Assembly (NCBI GenBank): GCA_002269645.1 | Contig: NIVC01000284.1 | Location: 62,001-126,000 of the forward strand | DNA length: 64,000 nt | Origin: Macrostomum lignano | Taxonomy: Eukaryota | Direction: 5' to 3' | Shown: piece by piece, positions 50,601 through 59,809 of the stretch | How the letters are laid out: every line of letters begins with the position of its first letter | How positions within the stretch are numbered: position 1 is the stretch's first letter | Position numbers and translations under genes: made by a program | The notes under the pieces: generated by a model | Database searches by the model: none | What the model saw: the letters and a program-made list of their open reading frames with translations, nothing else | What the model was told of the DNA's origin: nothing

Positions 50601-51986
50601 TTCTTTCAATTTCTTTAAATTTATATATACATTAATATATATTTCAGTTTCTTATTCTTTCTTTTCTTAGTAAATTTTGGTGTTGGTCTTTAAGAAACCA
50701 GTGATATCTTAGAACTTATTTCAGTTTTTCGTCAATTTCAATTTCTAACCTCGCCTTGTTTCTTGCCCTCTTCCAATCCAGACTCCGCATTCGGTGGCAA
50801 CGATCCCGCCGGGGACGATTTAGACATCCTTGGCGGCAATGACGGATCAATGCACGCCAGCGGTGGTGGCAGCGGTGGAGGCAGCGGCGGAGGCGGCAGT
50901 CTTGGTATTGGCTGCTTCTCGGCCGCTCTCAAGCTGGCAGGCGGCGGAAGCAATGCCCCATTGCCGCATTCTGCTTCTACTGGCGCTGGACTCAGCGACC
51001 TGAGCGCCTTGCAGCAGCAGCAGCAACAGTCATCTGACAGAAACTCGACAGCTCTATCCGGCTTGCCCAGGACCGAACTGGAGCGTAGGAACACCAATTT
51101 GAATCATCTGATGAATAATTATCGAAAGTTGCAATCTAGACAGTTAAAAGCGTCTCTAGTTATTGCTTCCGCTGGAGGTGGAGGCGGAAACGGCGGAGCA
51201 GCTGCAACCGGAAATGCTTCATCCTCTTGCCCGTCTGGTCCTTCAAGCGGATTAGACCAGCCGGTGATGAACCATCTGCTGCTAGGCAGGCCGAATCTGC
51301 AACAATCGGCGATGCCTTTGACCTCTGTGTCGTCGCCTCCGCCTGCTACTGATGCCACTCCGACGCCGAAAAGTCCAGCTGCCAGTCCAGCATCTCCGAT
51401 TCTCCTGTCTGCTTCATCTTCATCTTCATCGCCAAAGCGGCCTGAGACTCTTCTAGCCATGGTGTCTAAACGTCTGGACACCGTGGAGGAGCAACAGCAA
51501 CAACAGCAGCTTGGCGAGCTGGGCGACTTCTCTGCCCAGTCTTTGTCCAATAAGACTTCACCAACTGTGCAGTCAACAAAGACTCAATCGCCATTGTCAG
51601 CTTCGGATTGCAGTCTTGGTAGCGCTATTAGTCGAACTATCGATCGACAGAGAGCGTCTCCGGTAAAGAAAGAAGAAGTTAAATCCACTGCTGCTAATAC
51701 TACTACAAGTAGTTCATCAATTGAGGTGACACCTGTTGAATTGTCCGGCTGCGAAGAGGGCGGCGCCGGCAGCAGAGAGTGGCTGAGCTCCAGCACAGTT
51801 GCTAGTCAGCAGAATCAATCGTCAATTCCGACAGCTTACGCTACGCCGAATAGCGGCATCTCGTCGGCTGTGGCCGTTAATCCGCACCTGCTGCGCGGCA
51901 GCCGGCTCCGATTCGGGGCTCAATTCGGGCTGTACAAATCCGTGCGGACTCAACTGCAGCAGCCCGCTAGTCTGGCGCATCATTAA
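36755..51986 (+). CDS. TBC1D30: TBC1 domain family member 30 (Rab-GAP)
   Basis: Exons 36755-37466, 45015-45142, 45522-45720, 47301-47714, 48198-48500 and 50782-51986 (TAA), with consistent phases. Motifs: KLKFTIEP, AVARLPNGIP.EFRRK|VWL, NPDDDS..QIVKDLHRTG (Arg finger), YARWNKRVGYCQGFNVLAALIL (Gln finger), YEPPLVNVFTIQWFLTLF, ELRERFTFNIKPF. These closely match the recalled TBC1D30 sequence. Confidence 0.93.
37570..38510. repeat. 12-bp repeat (AATCTCCCTGAG) with higher-order block duplications, TBC1D30 intron 1
   Basis: Short period plus repeated blocks of about 120-150 bp. Confidence 0.92.
39409..39867 (-). mobile_element. MITE family A (hAT-like), reverse-orientation copy
   Basis: Imperfect TIRs of about 34 bp (CACAGATACTA..GATGGGCCACTCAG). 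Flanks GGCGTAGC and GCCGTAGC (7/8) form an 8-bp TSD. It is the reverse complement of 52238-52695. Confidence 0.88.
41028..41364 (+). CDS. TBC1D30: Candidate alternative first coding exon of TBC1D30 (poly-Q, Ser/Asn-rich)
   Basis: ATG at 41028, open frame MSSGSNLSGSS...QQQ...QTILVS, and a phase-1 donor TCAG|GTGAAG at 41364 that is compatible with exon 45015. Confidence 0.55.
41480..42410. repeat. CT-rich polypyrimidine repeat / low-complexity tract
   Basis: Units of about 55-60 bp (CTCCCCTCTCTTATATCTTCTCATTTGTCATCTCTCATCTCAT...) that decay into (CT)-rich sequence. Confidence 0.92.
43360..43800. repeat. 43-bp tandem repeat
   Basis: TGTCTTTGTGGCTGTGTCCGCCTGCCTGCTTTATGTGTGATTG, about 10 near-perfect units. 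Confidence 0.95.
43812..44680. repeat. (TCTG)n tetranucleotide microsatellite with interruptions
   Basis: About 860 bp of TCTG with TCTA/TGTA variants and recurring CTTAGGGTCTG interruptions. Confidence 0.97.
45230..45430. repeat. About 31-bp short tandem repeat in a TBC1D30 intron
   Basis: GGACCATTCACAACCCTCCTTGATTCTTTAG, about 6 units. Confidence 0.8.
45785..46590. repeat. 24-bp tandem repeat (GGCTCCCTTATCAGTGCTCACACT)
   Basis: About 33 units with rare 23-bp variants. Confidence 0.96.
46990..47290. repeat. 23-bp tandem repeat (AAGAATCTCACCCTACAAACCCC) that runs into the exon acceptor
   Basis: About 13 units; the last decayed unit supplies the acceptor context. Confidence 0.9.
47790..48190. 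repeat. 21-bp tandem repeat (ATAAATCCCAACTCAGAAATC)
   Basis: About 18 units that fill the intron. Confidence 0.9.
48640..49060. repeat. 21-bp tandem repeat (CTAATATCCTAATCTGAGATT)
   Basis: About 19 degenerate units. Confidence 0.88.
49740..50600. repeat. 33-bp tandem repeat (GATTTCTTGGAAAATGCCAGATTCTTATCTATC)
   Basis: About 26 units. Confidence 0.92.
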
Positions 51987-52076
51987 ATACTCAAATCAGG
52001 GCTTATCAGGCTACTTATAGTAGAAAAATGTGGATTTTGTGTGTCGTTTTAAACGTATTTTTTCCAAAACCACATT

Positions 52077-52082
52077 AATAAA
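52077..52082 (+). promoter_or_regulatory. Candidate polyadenylation signal of TBC1D30
   Basis: AATAAA about 90 nt after the stop codon. Confidence 0.4.
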
Positions 52083-52237
52083 CAACTATTATTGAATTCA
52101 AAATTACAGTGTCTGACAATATCAAATACGTTTGTTAATCGGTGGTTTTACAGACTACTAACTGATGTCTCTCTCTAGTCTGTTGCTTCTGTGTTTTGTC
52201 TGTTATTCAAATTAGCTCGTAATAACTTTGTTTTAAC

Positions 52238-52695
52238 CACAGATACTAAAGTGACTAGATGGGCCACTCAGGCATATATACTTAGTAAAACAGCTTTCTA
52301 CTTTCAGTTCAGTAGCAAGGAAGTATACATAAGCTATTTTATAAAAATAAAGGCAGCTGAAATGACTTTGATAAGTTTAGAAGCCCAAGCTTGCAGGCGC
52401 AAACAGCTTGCTAATTGGTTCGGCAGTAATGTACATTAGCCAGTCCACTGAAATGTACATGGCCGCTTTAGGCTGGAATCCCGAGAAAGGCAATAAAAAT
52501 TAGGGTGGGGCGGGGCGAGGGGGGTAGTGTGGAAAGGCGCGGTTGGAGGTTTAAGTGGGGGAGGGGGGTAAGAGCAATAAATGAGCCTTGGCTTTAAAAA
52601 TACATTAAAATGCTTCTATTTAACTTGCTACTGAACTGAAAGTAGCTTACACGCAAATGTGCTGAGTGGCCCATCTGGTTGTTCTAGTATCTGTG
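52238..52695 (+). mobile_element. MITE family A (hAT-like), intact copy
   Basis: TIRs CACAGATACTA..AGATGGGCCACTCAG and CTGAGTGGCCCATCT..TAGTATCTGTG. Perfect 8-bp TSD GTTTTAAC (52230-52237 and 52696-52703). No transposase. Confidence 0.92.
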
Positions 52696-54316
52696 GTTTT
52701 AACAAACCTATAATACGGTTTTTCTCAATAGCTGGGTCACAGTCGTGTATTGCGCATGCCTCCTTATTTCATCAAATAATGAAACTTCTGAAATTGTGAT
52801 CACAATAAACTTTGAAAATCTTTCCAATTTTAAACAAATTTCTATACATGATAATATGTATCGCGATAGTCTTGTAGATGTCGTGACATAGTCAATGTTC
52901 GTAAATGACTTATAACTATAATATAATATTATGTTTGTGTCAGCGAACAAATTAACAAAAACTTCCCAATATGCTGTGTTGATTTTTTCGGTTGTCGTAT
53001 AGATTTTAATTTTTGTCCTTCGTGTGAACTCTGTTTCAATATGGCTTTAGCACCGTGCACCGCGAGTATGATATTGATTGTTGTACACGTAGCACGAACC
53101 ATGACTCCATCTACAAGAGATTATTATTTTATAAAGCTATTTTATTTTTTCTTTGCTTTGAAATACACCAATTATAGAATCAATAAGAATTGCACTTTGT
53201 ATTGCTACGGCATCTGTGTTAAAATTAATAACATTATTGTTTTTAATAAGCCAGATAAGCTACATTTGGGTGTAATTTTATTCTGGTGCTGGGAATTCAA
53301 ACCGGCGGTACTGCATATAATTTTGATGAATGACTTTGCTGAGTCTTTGTTATTATTTTATGTATTTGTATTGTATCTTGTGGATGTAGGTCTGTGCATC
53401 AACGGTAGAAGAATTTCTTAGTCAAATAAAGAAGTTATACAATTTTTATTACTTGTACATTTTCTAGTAACATGTAAAATTGAAAAATTGATTAATATGT
53501 TTCAATTTACAAGCATAGCATTTTACATTCAATGCAATTGAAGGTTATGTATTTTAACTAGTAAAAGCGGCTTAAAATGTGCGGTGGATATGGACGTGTT
53601 AATGCTAATGCATTCAAACTTTGCATCAGGAGGACGAAGGAGGGATGCATGCCTTGAAAGGCTACTGTACGTACACATTAAAAATGACAATTTTTTGACT
53701 GCTTGTTTGAATGCCACCGCCTGAAGTTTTGCCAATTTAATCTCGGCCCTTCGATATTAAAAATAGTGGTATACTTTTACGCGTTCTAGATGATATAATT
53801 ATTAAGTAATTTTGTAGTGAATAAATTTTTATTAGATACAAAAAGGAACTTACAACAATGTTTATGCTCAAAGAATGATTTAACTTTTTAGGTTTTGTTA
53901 ACATATTCTTGTATAAATTTATCAGACAAAATATTTTTCAAGCGACGAAGCGTCACATTGTAACCTTCATCAGCCGTGCCGTGCGATGATTAGTTGTCGC
54001 TCTATCATGCAGTAAAACGTTGAATCCCGAGTCATTGACATAGTGCTTGTTACTTTTCACTAACTATTTTATTATACCTACGACTTAAAGCCCACTGCTA
54101 CATGTGGCATATGCCATATGCTTTACCTTGGAGCTTAATGTAACTTCCTTACAGACTCAATTCTTATTAGCCAGAGATTGTAAAACGAGAAGTAATTGAA
54201 CGTTTAAGTTCGTAGTTTATTGAGTTAGGAAGCAAGCGTTCTGCAAATTTTGTATTTAAAAATCGTTTTTATATTGTTTAATACCTACTACCTTGTACTA
54301 ATTGCATTGAATAAAT

Positions 54317-54464
54317 ATGAATGTTGATGCATTGAAAGTTGCTGAATTAAGAGAAGAGTTGAAAAAGCGTAATCTTTCTACAAAAGGTCTTAAAGCAGAT
54401 CTTTCACAGCGATTAAAAGAGGCTATTGAAAATGAGACACAGGAGATACAAGCTGCACCAGAAG
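54317..54464 (+). CDS. First exon of a SAP-domain protein (hnRNP U / hnRNP-UL1-like N-terminus)
   Basis: [38 protein letters not shown] is a canonical SAP motif at the extreme N-terminus. Donor GAAG|GTAAGA at 54464. Downstream exons were not confidently located. Confidence 0.82.
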
Positions 54465-54752
54465 GTAAGATTATTAAAATCAATAATTTAAATCTATGTA
54501 AGATACTATAAATTATTCTAGGCCTATGTATATTTATATTAAAGCTTAATATCAATTTAATTATTTTTATGATTATAAATCTTATAAATAATAAGCTTGT
54601 ATATTAAATATTGTACTGGCCAGAGTATATTTTTTTAGATATTATGCATGCAAAACAAACAAATTTAGCTAGGCCTAAGAAAATTATGTAGAATACCCCT
54701 CCCCCCTACTGGATTTTTTAGTATCATAGTGGCATATGACCAAGATGGCCAT

Positions 54753-56371
54753 TAGTGTTCCGCCGTAGCCATAGCTACAGCTATGGGATCCTACAGCAAA
54801 TATGGTAAAATAGGTGTGGTAGGTAGTAGTATTCTGCCGTAATTATAGCTACGGCTATGGCAAATTACAGTTACGACACTTTTAAAGCCGTATTTTCATT
54901 ATGGATTACGGTTACGGACATATTTTGAGCTTACGGTTATGGTTACGGATTATGGAGATTTTTCTAGACTTGCCGTAATAGGTAGCCGTAACAAAAATTA
55001 TCTATTTTTAACTGTTTAGTGTTATAAAAGAAATTTTTTTTATATCAACTTCAACCAGTTTTCATTTTGTTTTACTAGTTATTATTATTTTTTACATTTG
55101 TTAAGTTTCTAAATATCTACAAAACTTTTTGAAAACGAAAAATGATTTTTTTCACAAATTTTCTCATTAGGTATCCGGCATAGCATAGCATAGTGATAGC
55201 ATGATAGCAGTGAGACAGAGAGAGCCAGTCAAAGCCTGCAAGAGACTAAGAATCTGGCATTCTTATTTCTTAGCCATATGTAGCATTTAGCTCCTTAGCA
55301 TATTGTAGCAAAACAAAACAGAATCACAACACAGAAAACTGAAAAAGGCACCAAGCACACAATTGCATACAACAATGCTATAGAATACTTAGATAAAGAT
55401 ATTATATTTACAAAAAAATAAATTAATATTAATGCATGAACGAACAACAAGTACGTTTTATTGTTATCCTTTTATCCTTTTTATCTGTCCTTTTCTGTCT
55501 GCCCTACTTTTCATGCAAAAATATCAATTTTTGTTATACATTACGGCTACGGTTACGGCAAATTACGGTTACGGACTTTTTTAGCCCGTAATGACGGCAA
55601 AATTCGGCTACAGAAGTTGCTTCTTTCTAGAGCTGTCACGAGATCTCGACGAGACAAGATTTGAGACAAGATCTCGACATTTTTTCTCGTCTCGAGAAAT
55701 CTCGAATTTTGTCAAGAAATTCGAGACAAGATTCAAGAATTTTTCTGATACCTTTTTTCAAAAGCTTTTAAGTGATAAAATATAAAAAGGGGAGCAAATT
55801 TTCATATAAATACAACTGTTTGTTGTAACACGCTTGATAGGGCAATTTTCAAATGGTAAAATCTAGCCAATGTCGAGCAGTTATTTAACGAACGTTGTTA
55901 TATACAAGTTTGCATTGCATATGTGCTCTTTTAGTTATCATTTCAGTTCTGCAGCAAGGTGTATTATAGCAGACTTGAAGATAATCTACACAGGTCTTTT
56001 GACAAATTAGTAATAGACATAGTAGGGCCAAGGGCCTATATGCTACAAGCATAAATTCTTATGAATAAATAGCAAAGAATTTAAACTAGAATTAAGAAAG
56101 TATTCTGGAAAATCTAAAAAATATTTTTAGAATTGTATCTTATCAAGAAATTTAAGACAAGATAAGTCAAGATAAAAGCAAGACAAGATGCAATTCTGAA
56201 ATATATTTTTTAGATTTACTTTGTCTTGTCTCGTCTCGAAATTCTTGACTTATAAGCCTTTCTTGTCTTGAATCTCGTCTCGAATAAAATCTCTAATTTT
56301 GACAGCTCTACTTCTTTCTTACGGCAACGGTTACAGTTACGGAGGTCAAAACTCGCAGCGGCGGAACACTA
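54753..56371. mobile_element. TIR-bounded non-autonomous element (hAT-like TAG ends) that hosts a nested MITE
   Basis: Termini TAGTGTTCCGCCG and CGGCGGAACACTA (13-bp perfect IR) with GGTTACGG/TAGCTACGG subterminal motifs. No TSD recognised. Confidence 0.55.
55628..56310. mobile_element. hAT-type MITE (683 bp)
   Basis: TIR TAGAGCTGTCA / TGACAGCTCTA, perfect 8-bp TSD CTTCTTTC, and subterminal GAGACAAG/TCTCG repeats at both ends. Confidence 0.9.
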
Positions 56372-57066
56372 GTAGGTAGCCTATGGTAGCTAGCTGCTCT
56401 TATGGCTACAACTACAAAAATATCGTAGTTGCTGTCACACCATAGTCAGGAAGGTGGCCTCTGAAAGGGGAAAATTCCCGCGCACACAAAGGGTCTCGGC
56501 GCACATTGGTGCACAAGCGTGACGCACATAAGGGGTCCTTGGCGCACTTGGTGCACAATCATGGCGCACACTGAGGTCCCTAGCACATGCGGCGCATAAT
56601 TGTGGCACATAAGGTCCCTGACATGCATGAAAATTGTTATGCAAATTAACAATTTTTATAAAATAAAGGAGATTTGTATAGTCTAGAAAGTCAGTGATAA
56701 ACTTTTGCTTCTTTAAAATTAACAGTAAATAAAATTAGTATAAATTATTGCTAAAAACATCAATTTCGCATTACTCTATTTGTAAGTATAATTTAAGTTT
56801 GTTTAAAATGAAAATATGTGTAACATTTAAAAAAGGCTTTTTGTACAAAGGCCTTTCTTAGAAAACTCTACTTGTGAAGAGTGCCGCATAGACGGCGCAT
56901 AGACAGCGCACAAATGGCATATAGATGGCGCCGTGGTGGAACCCAGAGCTGGGGAAACTCAGGCGGAAGGCCAAAAGCCTTCATCGCCGTGCCATGAAGA
57001 CCGGAAACCCGGAGGACATGGAGCTTTTCCGGCAAGCCTCCCGCAATTTCAAATCTGAAGTGTTCA

Positions 57067-59809
57067 ATGGATGGAGCCACCCTAGCGGCGGGCATTGTCA
57101 CTGAAGACCTAATCGCTCGTGCGGTCAGAACCTTCAAACCCTTCAAATCTCCTGGACCTGATGGTATCTACCCTGTTCTCCTTCGTGAAGCAGCCAAGAT
57201 ACCCTCGTTCCTGAGACTCACCCGCAATCTTATGCGGGCCTCTATCCAGCTGGGATACGTTCCCAAAAGCTGGACTGAAGCTCGAGTAGTCTTTATTCCC
57301 AAACCTGGGAAGGGTGACTATTAAAGCGTCAAGGCCTTCCGGCCAATTAGCTTAACGTCAGCAATGCTTAAGCTCACTGAGAGGCTTATTCTCTGGCGGC
57401 TGCTCTCCTGCGACCCTATTGCAGCCAATGGCCATTTTCGTGGACGGCGTCCGGCGCGGATTGGCCTGGCGGCGGCGCGGCGCGCGGCAGCGGCGCGGCG
57501 CGTGGCGGCGGCGCGCGGTGGCGTGTCGTGTGGCGGCGGCGCGCGGCGGCGTGGCGCGGGGCATGGGAAAATTGAACCAAATCACTGATCCTGGGGACTG
57601 GCCCTGGCGCGGTACGGGTAGATGTCTGGCGCGGGAAAGGGGGGCGTCCGGCGCGGTTCAGACCTTGGCTGCAATAGGGTCCTGCGAGCTGACAGCGATG
57701 CCCCTCAGCAATAATCAGCACGCCTTCCGTACCGGGAGGTCGACTGACAGCGCCCTGCATGCGATTGTCGAAAAGATTGAACGGGCGGTACTGGGTGACG
57801 GTTACGCCCTGGCTCTCTTTCTTGACATTGTTGGCGCCTTCGACAACGTTATCTTTGAAGCGTTTCAGAGGGCCCTTCAAAATCGCAAAGCTCATGCTAC
57901 CCTCATACGGTGGATCATGTACATGATCTCCAACCGTACGGTCACTGCCCAACTTCTTGGGCAAACTGCCTCCACCAGAGTCTGTAAGGGTGGACCCCAA
58001 GGCGGAGTCCTCACCCCGACGCTCTGGAACCTGGTCATGGACGCTCTTCTGAGTGACTCCCGACCTGACCCCGTCTTCAAAGTTGGGTATGCTGATGACG
58101 TCACGGCCATTGTGGCAGGACCGTCTCCCAGCACGCTCAGGGATCTGATGCAGAGCTTTATCCGCAAAGCAGAATCCTGGGCCAATGACAATGGTTTGGA
58201 ACTCTCTGAGCCCAAAACCGTTGCCATTATGTTTACCAGCAGACTACGCTGGAACATACGTCCTCTGCAGCTCTATGGCAGAGATATTGCCTTCGCGCAC
58301 CAGACCAGATGTCTCGGGGTCACACTTGACCACCGGCTCAACTGGTCCTTCCACGTGAAAGCAAAAGCTAAGCGTGCCTCAGCCATCCTGGCCCAGCTCC
58401 GACAAGCACTTGGCACTTCTTGGGGTCTATCCCCAAAGCGGCTTTGGTGGATCTATACTTCCGTAGTTAGACCTGCCATTACGTACGCCTCTGTTGTCTG
58501 GGTTAGCGCTACCCAGGTCAAAAGCCATGCAGACCTGCTCAACACGATCCAAGGCAGAGCGTGTAGGCTCATCTGCAACGCCACCAGGTCCACGCCCTTT
58601 GCTGGCATGGGGGCCTTTCTTAATCTTCCGCCTCTTGACCTCTTCATCAGGGGTGAGGCGGCTAGAATGACGCGGCGTCTAATTGATGCCGGCGTCAAAT
58701 TCATTTACATGAGAGCACCTGCTAAGCGGAACCTTGTCCCGCATAGCGATCTGTGCCTCAACTTTCTCAACGAGTGTCAGGCCAATCGCGTCTTCACCGA
58801 TGGCATTGCCTCAACGCTCAACCTGAGACAGCGCTACTCCGTAGCTATCGACTCGCGCGATAACATCAATGACCATTGGAACCCTGGTGAGCTTCATTGC
58901 TACACCGACGGTTCTAAGCAGTCAGCCAACACCGGCTTTGGTGTTGGAATCTTTCTGAACGGGAGGGTCATCGCTACCCACGCTCAATACACTGGGGTCA
59001 ACTCCAGTGTTTTCCAAAATGAAGTTCTGGCCATCAGCTCCTGCACTGCAGAGCTTCTCGCCACTGGCGTTACTGGTAAGAACATCATTTTCCATTCGGA
59101 CAGCCAAGCTGCCTTGCACGCCATCAGTGGCTGCAGCACCAACTCTGCTACAGTCCTTGACTGTATCAAACTCCTCAATGTGTTGGGTTCCGCCAACAAA
59201 ATTACCCTTAAGTGGGTTCCGGGGCATGTGGGGATCCGAGGAAATGAGTTGGCTGACACCCTTGCAAAAGTTGGTGCCTCCGGCTCCTCTCTCGGCCCCG
59301 AACCTCTTGTCCCGATTCCTGGCTGTGTCATCGACTCGCGCATCAAAGCGTGGATCAGGACTCAGCACCGCTCGACTTGGGCGAACCGCACGAACTGCAG
59401 GCAATCCAGAGGCGCTGTCCCTCAGCCCTCTCACCAGCTCCGGAAGCTCCTCTTGCGCCTCTCGCGCAGAGACATCCGGGCTGCCACCATGACCCTCTCT
59501 GGTCACGGCTGCTTCTCCAGGCACCAGTACCTGCAGGGCAACGCCACCAACGCCACCTGTAGTTTCTGCAACTCAGGTGACGAAACCGCTGAGCATTTCG
59601 TCAGCATCTGTCCCGCCTTCACGCGGGCCAGACTCACTTACCTCGGGCCACACACATCTATTACTGAAGCGTGCAAACCCGAAAACTTTAATCAGCTCAT
59701 GCGCTACCTTCGGGCCACCCGCAGGGCTGAACTCTCCTTTCCAGAGAACACCATAGCTGCTGGCGACACTGGGGGACCTCCCTGGGCGGCGCCAACCCTC
59801 CGTCCATAG
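57067..59809 (+). pseudogene. Disrupted LINE pol (reverse transcriptase-RNase H)
   Basis: In-frame TAA at 57322-57324 and a frameshifting MITE insertion at 57414-57679. The frame is then open to the stop at 59807-59809. The endonuclease is absent. Confidence 0.9.
57414..57679. mobile_element. 266-bp GC-rich MITE nested in the LINE RT gene
   Basis: 15-bp TIR CCCTATTGCAGCCAA / TTGGCTGCAATAGGG and perfect 8-bp TSD TCCTGCGA. Excision restores the frame WRLLSCELTAMPLSNNQHAF. Confidence 0.92.

Noticed and set aside
57416-59524. Minus-strand ORFs overlapping the LINE
   Set aside because: They are antisense shadows of the GC-rich RT ORF with no recognisable motifs.
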